From the NCBI RefSeq assembly GCF_009914755.1, contig NC_060938.1: a stretch of DNA of 64,000 nt. One strand, given 5' to 3'. Shown in pieces: positions 12,410 through 25,109 of the stretch (positions are counted from its first letter, which is position 1; each line of letters opens with the position of its first letter). The position numbers and the translations under genes are program-made. This stretch comes from the human T2T-CHM13v2.0 reference genome, Homo sapiens. A model generated the notes under the pieces. The model was not told the DNA's origin. It ran no database searches and worked only from the letters and a program-made list of their open reading frames with translations.

Positions 12410-12446
12410 AACTGTCTTTTCAAAACATAACTGAATGACTACCAAA

Positions 12447-12670
12447 GGCAGTGACTTGGAAAGGGAATGGGTTTGGGAGCCAGCGAGACCTGGGTTTAAC
12501 TCCATAGCAGCTGTGTGACCTTGATAGACCCTTCACCGACCCTGTGTCTCACTTTCTTCATCTGTGCAGTGGACAAAACATGGTCCACGTCTCTGAGTTG
12601 CTGAGAGGAAAAATGAGACCATGTGTGGAGGATTTCTAGCCTTGCATCTCACATAGAAATAAGCAATGAT
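12447..12670 (+). mobile_element. MIR
   Basis: agacctgggttt...gctgtgtgaccttg...ctcactttcttcatctgt core. Confidence 0.75.
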
Positions 12671-13134
12671 TATCTTTTGTGTTATTTTCCTTATGGAAAT
12701 TCTGACCCTTTTGTTCCTTCTTTAAGCACAGGAGAAACAAACAAAAGAACAGACAGGAAGACAGTGTGCTACAGAGGGAAGAATGAGGCCATGTGGCCAT
12801 CCATGAATCATATCTGCTTTCTCAGCCTCAGTTTCCCTAGAGGTGTGGAGCAAATTTGAAGGGCCCATCTAGCTTTAACTGCCTCTCATGATATCAAATG
12901 GACATGTGGGAGACAGAGCCTGTTTAATGGGACCAGGGTCCAGGGGCCCTTCTACGACCACAGCATGAAAAATGACATTTAATGCAAGCTACAAAGGCAC
13001 CAGATGAGGACTTTAATGAAAATAAAATGGCGTCTCCATATCATCACAAATTAGCTCCATCTATCTGCACAGCCTGTGGTTCTGAAGTAATAGTTTGAAA
13101 TTCAGCAACACTTATGGTTAACACATGCTGGTGT

Positions 13135-13230
13135 ATTCATTTGTTTTCTTCATCAAACATTTACTGAGCACTTACTAATGCCAAGAACCATCCTAACTTT
13201 TAGGGACACCAAGATGAAAGGGCTTATCTT
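13135..13230 (-). mobile_element. L2 3' end
   Basis: ttcatcaaacatttactgagcacttactaatgccaag. Confidence 0.6.
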
Positions 13231-13357
13231 TTAACACAAGTTATCCATCCTCTTCAAGCTCATCAGCACCCCTTAAGGGCAGAAGTTATGTTTTATATGT
13301 CTCTGCTGACATTTACAAGTCCAGTGTCTGTTGAACAGTAAGACAATGAGTAACTTC

Positions 13358-13610
13358 ATTGTTGATGGTGGGGTGGTCCTCGTGTTTGTGGGCTGGTGTT
13401 TGTGAGACTGCTGCTGATGCTGGTGGTGGTGGTGATGGTAGTGGTGGTGGTAATTGCAGTCGTGGTATTTGCGGTGGTGGTTTGATATTGATTGTGATGA
13501 GTGAACTGACGCTAGTTTTGCTGGTAATAGTGATTGTGGTGGTAGTTCTGGTACCTCCATCAGTAGCATAAGTATTGGAGGGGGAGGTGCTTGCTTTGTT
13601 GGTGATGACT
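13358..13610. repeat. Degenerate (GGT/GAT)n low-complexity tract
   Basis: ggtggtggtggtgatggtagtggtggtggtaattg... Confidence 0.85.
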
Positions 13611-13999
13611 TAATTTTTTACCAAATGAATATTATTTTGTTCTTCTTCTTGGTGGTATTTTGTTTTATAATTTATTGTTTTTTTACATAAATGATACATA
13701 TTCATTGAAAAATAATATAAAATCACATTAACAATATAATCCTTACTCGGTTTTGATTCACATACTTTAAAATGCATGCATGCGTTTTATATAGAACAGA
13801 CTGTTTTATAACCTGGTTTTTTTACTGAATCAAAAACATCATCCCCTTTCCAAAACAAAATGAAACAAAAAACAAAAATCATTATCATTCTTTTTTATAA
13901 ATAATTTCTATACCTTATTATTAAAGGCAGCATCTTATTTCATTATTGGAGTCTATGATTCTTTACTGAACAAGTTCTTGAGCATCTACTTCCTAAGTT

Positions 14000-14240
14000 A
14001 GTGTAATGAGTGTAGACTTGGAGGAGGGTATGGCAAAGATTCAAAGCCAAACGCCACTCAGAGCTCGATGACATTGAAGCACGTTCCTTTATCTCACAGA
14101 GTCCCCAACCATTCTTCTATAAAATAAGGGTAAAAGTGCCTACCTCCTAGGGTATTTTGAGGCTTAAATATAATACCCTATAGAAAGCTCCTAGCCCAGT
14201 GACTCACCTATGTCAGATACTCAGGTAACCTTCTCCATTT
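14000..14240 (+). mobile_element. MIR (degenerate)
   Basis: ttctataaaataagggtaaaagtgcctacctcctagggtattttgagg. Confidence 0.6.
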
Positions 14241-14825
14241 ATTGGCCACGCTACCTGGACTACTTTTGCTTTTTCTTCACCCATTTAGAAAACTTGGGGA
14301 GCTATTAATACAAACATGTTCATCTTCCAACTCAGGAGTAGATGTACAAGTGGGCCATGGAGATCCAATCTTCCCATGGTCACCTTCTTGCTCTCTCCCA
14401 CTCCCCAGTTGTTGTGTCTTGCATAGCAATTGCAGGATAGAGCAATTGTTAGGACCAACGTGCCATTTCTCCCTGCCACAAGCAATGCGGAAGCAGTGAG
14501 GAGAGAAGATAGGATCCCCACTACTGGGGTCAGAGGAAAAGGGAGGGCATGTTTCTGCCTTATTTGGCATAATGAGTTGGAACTCAGAATGCATTACCCA
14601 GCAGAACCACATTGTAAGTGATAGTAGGTTTCCAGGCTAGCCCTCAAAAGCTGCCACCATCGAAAAAGGCCCTCGGGTCCCATGTAAACAGGGCCATTTC
14701 AGTTGACTCTAGCAAGTACTGACTTCAGGTTATTTAAAAAAATTAAAACACGACCAAAAAACTTTCTACTCCTACAGGTGATGTTAATGCTGAGGAATGG
14801 CAAACAGAAAAATGTCTTCGGTGAG

Positions 14826-15891
14826 TATCTTAGTCCGTTTTGTGCTGCTATAAAAGAATACCTGAGGCTGGGTAATTTACAAAGAACAGAAATTTGTTAC
14901 TCGCAGTTCTGGAGGCTGGGAAGTCCAAGACTAAAGTGCTGGCATCCTGTGAGGGCCGTCTTGCATGGAAGAAGGCCAAAGGGCAAGAGAGGACATGCAA
15001 GAGAGAACAGAAAAGGGGATAGGCTCATTTTATAAAGAACACACTTCCCGGATAACAGTATGAATCCATTTATGAGGGCAAAGCCCTTACAACTTAATCA
15101 TCTCTTAAAGGTCTCACCTCTGATAGGCCCCAATGTGTGTTGTTCCCCTCTATGTGTCCATGTGTTCTTACCATTTAGCTCCCACTTATAAGTGAGAACA
15201 TGCAGTATTTGGTTTTCTGTTCCTGTGTTAGTTTGCTAAAGATAATGTCCTCCAGCTCTATTCATGCCATTGCAAATGACATATCTTGTTCTTATTTATG
15301 GCTGCATAGTATTCCAAGGTATATATGCACCACATTTTTTTATCCACTCTATCACTGATGGGCATATAAGTTGATTCCATGTCTTTGCTTTCATGGATAG
15401 GGCTGCAATGAACATGCACACATGTGTCTTTATAATAGAACAATTTATATTCCTTTCTGTATACAACCAGTATGGGATTGCTGGGTGGAATAATATTAAT
15501 ATTTCAGTCTTTAGGTCTTTGAGAAATTGCCACACTGTCTTCCACAGTGGTTAAACTAATTTATACTCCCACCAACAGTGTATAAGCTTCCTTTATTCTT
15601 CATAATCTCACCAGTATTGGAAGATGGAGGGTGTAGGGAGGGAGAGGATCAGGGAAAATAACTGATGAGTACTAGGCATCATACCTGGGTGAGGAAATAG
15701 TCTGCACAACAAACCCCCATACACACATTTACCTATGTAACAAACCTGCACATGTACGCTGAACTTAATAAAAGTGTTTTTTGTTTGTTGTTTGTTTGTT
15801 TGTTTTAAGGAAAGGTCTCATCTCTCAATATCATTGCATTGGGGATTATTTCCAATACACAAATGTTGGGGAACTCATTCAAACCATAGTA
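14826..15891 (-). mobile_element. MST-family MaLR LTR (MSTC/D-like), split by an L1 insertion
   Basis: tatcttagtccgttttgtgctgctata...cattcaaaccatagta; TSD GTGAG at 14821-14825 and 15892-15896. Confidence 0.9.
15122..15810. mobile_element. 5'-inverted (twin-primed) L1PA (L1PA11-13-like) insertion
   Basis: 15122-15618 is antisense L1 3' sequence and 15619-15775 is the sense terminal 3' UTR; 15-bp TSD aaaggtctca(c/t)ctct at 15107-15121 and 15811-15825. Confidence 0.9.
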
Positions 15892-16489
15892 GTGAGAAAG
15901 AAACCTGCAGACAAAATTGTACCCCATAAAACTATTAGATGATGAGGGCATAGTCCAGGGAGGTTTGAGGTGGAGTAATTTTCAGGTATGTGTAAGAGCA
16001 ATGAGTACAGAAGACATGAGCATGTGTGAGGATGAAAGCAAAGCTGAGTGAGTGTGGAAACAGATATTCAGTGTGTGTAAGGTGGGCGGGATGTAAAGGT
16101 GAGGGGTACCATGAGACCAGGTTACAGGAGGCTTTAGAAACCATGCATTTTATTCTAGAAGCATGTCTCATAGAGATAGTCTGCAGATCATTTGCACCTC
16201 AAAGAGTCATCTTAAAATCCAGATAGCTGACCTTAGCCAATCTTCAAATTAATCCCTGCCTGAGAGCAGGAGGAAGTCACATTCTTTGAGCTCCCATGAT
16301 TCTCATTCCCACTAAAATCTGTGGACCTGAATTTTGGATAATGGAAAGTCACTGGAGGCCACTGGGCAGTGGAATCCCAGAGGTGGGGGTAATTTCATTC
16401 AGACTCATTCACACTGCAGAACTATCTTCCAATAATCTTCCTGAACTCTGCACAAAAGACCATCATCTTGGGGTTAAGATTCGAGTTTA

Positions 16490-16640
16490 AACATCTTTTA
16501 TTTCTTATACCAACCTACTGAGGTAAGAATTTTAATTTCTGTCTTAAAGACACAAAAACCTGGGCTTAAAGTTACATGATCTGCTCAAAGCTGAAGCCTG
16601 GTTGGAAGACCCAGGGTCAAGCCTGTGAGTCACAATCTGT
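16490..16640 (-). mobile_element. MIR (degenerate)
   Basis: caacctactgaggtaag...gttacatgatctgctcaaag. Confidence 0.45.
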
Positions 16641-18119
16641 GCTCTTACGTATGCGTTAACACCCGTTGGCCCAACTGGCCTGGATGGTCAGTCCAAAGCC
16701 ATTCTGTGAGTTGAGGAATCTTCAGTGAGTTGACCTGCAAAGGCCCCACAGTAAACCAGCAGCAGACACAGGACCAGCTCCCATCCTCTTCCCTGTGGGC
16801 CTCCACTCTCCACGGCGGCTCCTCTTGGGTCTTCAGTGCCACCCCACAGTTTCAAATTCCCTGTGAGTATTAGGGGGGCTTTGACTGGTGTGACTTCCCT
16901 CTTTCACTGTTTTCCTTCTGAGTGGCAACATCCCTGGTGACAAATACAAACTAATTATGGTCGGTTCCCCCTGAGCATCTCAGAAAGCAGGAAACACAAC
17001 CATGGATCACACAGCTCCTCATTCCACCTTTGGATTTGGTGTCTTGAGTTTCAGGATGAGAGAAAACTCTTCAACCAGATTCCCATCAATGGACATGTTT
17101 AACTGTAAACCCCACGTATGCTCGTAAAATGTGTCATTTAAAGATGCTTTGGGTTGGCACCTGGGACTCTAGGCAAAACCAAGCCACAGCTTAATTTAAT
17201 TACAAGTGGAGAAACTTAAAGAAATCCTAACTAAAATTTGCTTAGGCCAAGCACTCAAATCCAAATGGGGGAGGCAAGAAACATAGTGACTGTGTGGCTT
17301 CAGGAAAATTATGAGGGGTTTTCTACCCTAGTGCCAATCAATCTCTCCTTCAATGTGTGAGAATCCCCCTTCTCATCTATTAGGTCAATAATGTGTGCTT
17401 TCAATTTGGTTAAATATGCCCATTCAGTCCCCACAGCCGATCAGATTGTCAGAGAAACATGATGCGTTTTAATAAACCCAGTATTTAGCCAAATACAGCA
17501 AACTCCCGTAACAGCATTTTTCCAGAGGGTGGGAAATGAAAATGCATCAAGCGGGAAATATCATGTGTGTAACCACCAGACCATGTCTTAAAAAGATAAG
17601 TGTTACATGTAGGGACAGATTATAAGTGTAGTAATTTCATGTGGATGTTTGCATGGGGGAGGCCTTTAGAGGGGCCAGGAAAAGAGAAGCTTCATGCGGA
17701 GGTGGGGAGGGGGCAGGGAGGGTGTGATCCATAGTGATCCACATGCCTGGGAGTGTTCCAGCCATCTTGCCGACTCCAAGGAAATTCAGGGCAGTTGGAA
17801 GTAAACAGTGGGATAAGGCTGGCTGCTTAGGGGCCTGGGAACCAGCGCCTACCCTGCCTCTTCATGAGCCATGTGACACCAGACAGGTCATCGGATATTT
17901 CTGGGCCCCCTTTGCCTCATATGGAAAGGAGTTTAAAATGCCCCAGTTTCTGGAAACAGGCTTCGTTAAGTCCTCCTCATCTCTTCTCTTCATCTCAACC
18001 ACGAAATCAAATTGTCTGCCTTTTACTGAAAATAACCCAGTATAAAGAGTGAGATGCATTTGCTAGTAAGCTCACTCTAGTCTAGCTCCCAGGGAAAGTG
18101 AGAGCTTCAAATAGCATTA

Positions 18120-18696
<577 letters not shown>

Positions 18697-19419
18697 TTTA
18701 TTTAAATGTTCACTGCAGTGTTTGCCAAGCTGCATTAGGAAGTTACAGATCAGTCTCCATTGTTCAAAGGGAAGGTGTTCAAAACATGGCTGGGGCTTGA
18801 AAGACTGTCCAGGCAGCAGTGGGTAGGCACCGGCATGGTTTCTGGACCCGGCAAAAGCTACAGCTCACACTGGTGCACCGTCAAGGTGGAGGTCTTGGAT
18901 TAGTCTAGCAGTGCGTTTGATTCTGACTCCCCACGTTGCAGAGCAACCCGCCACCCAGTCAGCCTGGATCTGGTGGATGCTGCCCCTGGAACACAGCATG
19001 CCTCACCAGTGCTAAACAGCTGACCTCTCAGAAACTGGGTCCACTGCACCTTCCTGCTGATGACCCCTTTTTCTGTGTAGTCTGGGAGGTGCCTTCTCTC
19101 TAGCTCCTGACAACCAGCACTCACAGGAGGAGATGGAGCTCCCACCTGCCTGGAATTGTCAAAGGCCACTGATATTTACCATGAGAAACCATAAATGATT
19201 GAGCGGCCCAAATGGCTTAGCACTCTTCCTAACACCTCTCTGCTGCCCTGACTGCTACTCCCAGCTTCATCCTCTGAAACTCATTTCTGATATGTCGTGT
19301 CTCACTCAATGAATTGCAAGCCTTCTGAGTTTGGCATTCAAGGATTTTGGACCCACAGGAAACATCTGTTATTTGTATATACTTGTTGTTGTGGAAAGAT
19401 ACTAATTTTTGAAGTTCAG

Positions 19420-19806
19420 CTTTTGTTTTTTTGTTTTTGTGTGCGTGTCTGTGTGTATTTGTTTTGTTTTGTTTTTTTGAGACAGAATCTCACTCTGTTG
19501 CCCAGGCTAGAGTGCAGTGACTCCATCATGGCTCACTGCAGGCTTAGTGACTCATGGCTCACTCAACCTCCCAGGATCAAGTGATCTCAACTCAGTCCCC
19601 CACCCGCACCAATGCCTCCCCACCTTGCTTGAGTAGCTAGCACTACAGGCATGCACCACAGCATCGAGCTAATTTTTTAAACTTTTTGTATAGATGAGTG
19701 TCTCATTATGTTGCCCAGGCTGGTCCTGAACTCCCGGGCTCAAGCAGTCCCCCCACCTTGGCCTCCCAAAGTGCTGAGATTACAAGAGTGAGCCACTGTG
19801 CCTGGT
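19420..19806 (-). mobile_element. AluJ with small internal duplication and insertion
   Basis: Alu body with repeated agtgactc..catggctcact and an extra C-rich segment. Confidence 0.9.
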
Positions 19807-20038
19807 TGAAGTCTGGTTTTGAACTTACCAGAAATATTACCTTGCTTTGAAGTCCATTTTTGCCATTTACTAGCAATCTTATTTTCTTCGAGAGAAGAGG
19901 TTTCTTAGCGCCTCCCTTTCCTAGTCCAGCATATGGGAACATAAGTCCTAACACAGAGGGCTTCAGGCTGAGCCGGTGTGTCCCCAGGATGGCTGGGCTC
20001 TGGTGGGCCTGGTCAGCATCTTAGGACTTGGTGTAACT

Positions 20039-20257
20039 CAGTAGTTCTCATGCAGAGGCAACTTTGCCCCTCAGGTGACATTGGACAATATCTAGAGACT
20101 TTTTTTGTTGTCAAACCTTGGGAGGAAAGCACCGCCAGCATTTAGTAAGTAAAGGCCAAAGATGCTGCTAAACATTCCACATTGCACATGATGGCCCTTA
20201 GTGACCAAAATGTTATCCAGCCCCAAGTGTCCAGATTGCCAAGGTTGAGAAACCCTG
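20039..20257 (+). mobile_element. MER20 (hAT-Charlie)
   Basis: cagtagttctca...gaggcaactttgcccc...aggccaaagatgctgctaaacat...gccaaggttgagaaaccctg. Confidence 0.9.
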
Positions 20258-20656
20258 ACCTAAGTGGATAATTGTTTTTTTCTAAAGCTTAAAACTATCT
20301 TACCAAAAAAACAGAAACTTACATACAAAAATAGCACCAATGTGTTTTTTTCTGCATTCTTACTCTGCATCTCATACATGTATATAATAGACTGTATATG
20401 CAATATCATTGTATAAGTCTGTTTTAATATTTATTTTATATTATATGTTATAATATAAAATTATGTCAGAATATAAAATAATTTATATATATAATATAAA
20501 TAGATGTTTATGTATTTTAATATGCACACAAAATAATTATATACCCAGCAAAACAGAGTCAGGAAGACATGGATGGAAAGGAATATTTGGCAGAAGGATC
20601 TGCTGAAAACTGCAGGGCCACCTTTGCAGGCTCTGCCCAGAGAGAAAAGAGTACAG

Positions 20657-21001
<345 letters not shown>

Positions 21002-22917
21002 CTAGTCCCCTGTAGGAAAACACCTGACCAGGTGCCACTTCCTGCCCCCACCCCAGACCTGCTGGATGTCCCACAATTCTTCCACCATTTTTCAGATCAT
21101 CGGGCACACCACAGTTGACGAAGCACAGTGTTAGCCCTTCTAAGTTCAAGAAACAAAGCAGTTTCCCACCACTAACCCTGAGTTGATGCCAGGCTGAGCT
21201 CAGAGGAATGGGCAAGAATGACTCAATGATTAGAAGTACAACAATTGGAGTTTAGGGTTAAATCCACTCACCCAGGACAGGTAGTAAGTTCTGAATATTC
21301 CTGCAAGGACTAAGCAACCAGGTCATTCCTTCTCCTCTGCCACCTAGTTTCCCTTCTAAAGCATAGTTTTGGATTATTCTATACCTCACTAAACTATGGT
21401 GTCAATACCGTGGCCAAACCTGCTGTATTCTCAGAAATGGGTATATAGGGGACTCTCTATACCCATATACCCATATGTAAAAGTGTTAGCTTTTACATAT
21501 TGAGATAGTCATATTGGAGTCTTAGATTGGGGATAAATTGGGCAGTCTTAACTCTTTCACTTCTGACTACAGTGCAAAAAGTAAAATCAATTACTCATAA
21601 ATACTTGAATTAATTTAATTTTTTTCTTAAACAAAGAGGGAAAATTAAAAGAATCGGCTTGCTCCTTCCTACACTGTAGTGACAAGATTAAAAATTAAAT
21701 TTATACATATTTCATTTCTACATAATAAAGCCTTTTTGCAAAAAGAAAAAAAAAACACAGTTCATCTAATTAAATCAAAGAAAATTGCCTGCAGCGACGT
21801 TTCAGTATTACAATTAAGCCACTGCCAAAACCAACCCTTGGAGCTCTTAAACTCCACTCTGGGTTGAAAAACGAAGTCAGCTTTTGGCGAGTGTGTGAAT
21901 TCTGAGGGTGACTTCAGGAAAATGTGGAGCTTTTTCTTATGTCAATTTATAAGGGTGGGAAAAAGAACTCCAAGGCTATTTGAGAGTCACTGGTACACTG
22001 AAGATAGCAACAAGATCTAGTTTTTGTTGAAAAAAAAAATCACGAACAAAAACCAAAAATTCAGCCTGAAGCTTGGAATTAAAAAAAAAAAAAATACCAG
22101 GAATGGTCTCCTTTTCATCTCCCAAATACTAAAATCATTAAAATGCATGTACCTTAAATAAAATCCTTGATGAGGTGGGAAGGTTTCTGAAAGTCAGTAA
22201 AGATCACCTTGTAATACTTGATCTCACAGTTAACGTAGACATGGTCAGTGTGTGGTGGCAGCCTTTTTGAGAAGTATGATGCCCAAACATAGTGAAAACC
22301 TCACAACCCCCTTTAGACTCAGCCTTGGATTTGATAAGGGCTGGCTTGGACCTCTCCTTCAGCGACTTCACTACCAGGAGGCTGGGCAGGTTAGCTGGTG
22401 TGGACATGCTCCGTACGGAAACAAAGAACCCTGTCGTGTGGCCCCCACCTTCCTGCACACCATGTGGTCTTGTAAGTTCCTAATTTGGTTTCTGATGACA
22501 TTCTGGCAGAATTGAATTTTGTTCTTGGAAATCAGGTCCTGGAACAGGGAGCAACTCACACAAGCCCTGGCCTGGATCCTGGTTTTGGTGAATCATTCAT
22601 GCCTTCTTTTAGGTCGAAACAATGCTCCATGGCAGGTGCTGAGCAAATGTTTACTGAATAAAAGTTTCTTTCAGCAGCAGCTTGGCAAGGAGTGCAATGG
22701 GACCAGTTGAGCCTGTGTGGGTCTCTGCATTCCTGGTTTCTTCTGCCTGGTGGAGGGTCTGAGTCTGATCCGGAGGAGCTCATGTCTACTCAGGGCTGAT
22801 AGCTCACCATCAGCCACAGCAGGCTCCAGCTACCAAAGGGTCTTTGCAGCTTGTGAAGTGTGTTATCTCAATACGTTGTCACTGAATCATAGCAACATCC
22901 TTGGGGGATGTGCAAGA

Positions 22918-23165
22918 AATCCACAACTGTTTATCTGAAATCCTGAAATTCAGAATCCTCTGAAAGCCAGATGTTTGTTCATAAATTTGGCACAAACGTA
23001 TGTGGTGGCAAAATCTTAACTGAACAAATGTGATGTCATTTATAATCTTCATTTATCCTACGGAATGGCACTAAGCATAGTTTTGAGTACAGAAATGTTA
23101 ATGAGTTTACAGGGCGCTCTCCCAGACCCCGCTGGAGGTAGCACACAGTATACTATATGAGCACT
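22918..23165 (-). mobile_element. MER96B (hAT) fragment
   Basis: ggtggcaaaatcttaactgaac...tttatcc...agaaatgttaatg...cccagaccccgctgg; same family as 62330-62675 in the opposite orientation. Confidence 0.75.
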
Positions 23166-23169
23166 TATT

Positions 23170-23766
23170 GCCTATTTGTTATTGATTGCTGCTTAACCAA
23201 GTATACCAAAACTTAGCAATGTAAAGCAAAAAGCATTTGTTATTTCACATTTTCCACGGGTCAAGAATCTGAACTTGGCTTAACTGGATCCTCTGCCTCA
23301 GAGTCTCTTAAGAGGCTGAGATCAGAGTAGCAGCCCAGGGTCTTTCTCAGGCTTGCAGTACAGGTACAAGCAGAGGCATAGTTATCACAATGTTTGATTG
23401 GGACAGCATACTCTTCTGAGATCGCTCACATGGTTGCTGGCTGGATTCAGCTCCTCACTGGCTGTTGGACTGACACCCTTAGTTACTCACTGGCTCTTGG
23501 CCAGAGGCTGCCCTCAGCTCCTTCCCAGGTGACTCTCTCCATCAGAGTAAGCAGGTAAGAAGGACCAGAGAGCTAAATAGCAGCAAGACAGAAGTCCCGG
23601 TCTTCGTAACCTAATTGTGTGAGTGAAATCCCATCACCTTCCCCATAGTCTTTCATTAGTTGAGAGTGAGTCGATCTAGCCCACACCCAAGACCAGGGGA
23701 TTTCAGAAGGACATGAACCCCAGGAGGTGGATGTCTTTGGAAGCCATATTGGAAGCTGCTGACCAC
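23170..23766 (-). mobile_element. MLT1F-like MaLR LTR
   Basis: attgctgcttaaccaagtataccaaaacttagc...gctcacatggttgctggc...gacatgaaccccaggagg...gctgctgaccaca. Confidence 0.8.
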
Positions 23767-23959
23767 ATTACAATTCAAAATCTGGGACCCCTAGCCCCTG
23801 ATGAACCTGTATCGGCACCCTCACTTTACAACGTGGAAATAAGGACTGAGCCATTAACATTACCTTGTTCTAGTGCTCAAGACAGACAAGGGGCGAGCAA
23901 ACACTTGAACTTGCCCCTGCCATGCTTACCTTCTTGCTCCCTCATGGAACACTCTTCTA

Positions 23960-24180
23960 CCTCCATCCTCAAAGCAGTAAGCGGAAGCCTAGTGGAAAAA
24001 GGCACATACTGGAAACCTTATAGACATTGACCTAACCATGGGTTCCATCATTCACCAGCTGTGTGACCCTGGACATATCGCTCAGACTCTCTGAGCCAGT
24101 TTCTCATCTACAGAATAAGGCTACTCCTACCCAGCTGCTGCTGCTGGGAAAGGTACATGTTATCCCCTGAAGGGCGCCAA
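23960..24180 (+). mobile_element. MIR
   Basis: ttcaccagctgtgtgaccctggac...ctctctgagccagtttctcatctacagaat. Confidence 0.65.
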
Positions 24181-24563
24181 TTGCACCGGTGGCTCACAGG
24201 TGCCTGGTGAATGGGAGCCCTTTCACCTGCGGGGTTCCCCCTTATTTTTGCTTTCTTCTGCTTCCTATGACAGTCTTGCAACTGGCAGGGAAGGCATGAG
24301 CATCCCCATTTCACGGATGAAGAATTGAAGGTTCAGAGGCTATCACTTGATTTCTTTAATGTCACCTAATTAGTCACTGTGACTACCTGACATTATTTTA
24401 TGAATTTGGCTGTAAGTGTATTTATTGTCTCCACAACGAGAATATAGGCTTCGCGAGGGGAACTTCACTGTCCTCTTTACTCCTTCATCCCCAGCACCCT
24501 CATCCCTAGCTGCACAAAATTGTTGCTTTGTAAATACTCATTTGAGAAATCAATGTATAAGCC

Positions 24564-24949
24564 TGATATAGTTTGACTATATGTCCCTTCTAAGTCCCCA
24601 GTGTTGGAGGTGGGGCCTGGTAGGAGGTGTTTAGGTCCTGGGGGAGGATCCTGCATGGTTTGGTGCTGTCCTTGAGATAGTGAGCCAGTCTCATGAGATC
24701 TGGATGTTTAAAAGTGCGTGGTGTCTCCCCTCTCTCTCTTGCATCCGTTCTTGCCTTGTGAGGTGCCTGCTCCCCCTTCACCTTCTGCCATGAGTGAAAG
24801 CTTCCTGAGGCTTCCCCAGCAACAGAGCAGATGTCGGTGCCATGCTTCCCGTACAGCCTGTAGAACTGTGAGCCAACTGAACCTCTTGTCTTTATAAATT
24901 ACCCAGTCTCGGGTATTTCTTTATAGCAATGCAGGAAAGGCCCGATACA
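24564..24949 (+). mobile_element. MSTA MaLR solo LTR
   Basis: tgatatagtttg...cagtgttggaggtggggcctgg...tttataaattacccagtctcgggtatttctttatagcaatgca...ataca; TSD aagcc/gagcc. Confidence 0.92.
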
Positions 24950-24961
24950 GAGCCCACGTTA

Positions 24962-25061
24962 CTTCCCTGACCGATTATCCACTGGGATCAACCTGCTAAT
25001 CAGTGATTGATTCTTCCCCACCCGATTGTCAACTGGGATCAGCCTGCTAATCAGTGATTGA
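24962..25061. repeat. 51-bp tandem duplication (2 copies)
   Basis: ccgattatccactgggatcaacctgctaatcagtgattga at 24971 and ccgattgtcaactgggatcagcctgctaatcagtgattga at 25022. Confidence 0.92.
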
Positions 25062-25109
25062 CATGGCAGCTGCTAGCACTTATTCAGTAGTTTGAAGGAC
25101 ATACAGAGG

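Noticed and set aside
13273-13571. His/Gln/Thr-rich and Gly/Val-rich ORFs resembling a transcription factor or membrane peptide
   Set aside because: Products of a degenerate (GGT)n tract, with no domain or exon context.
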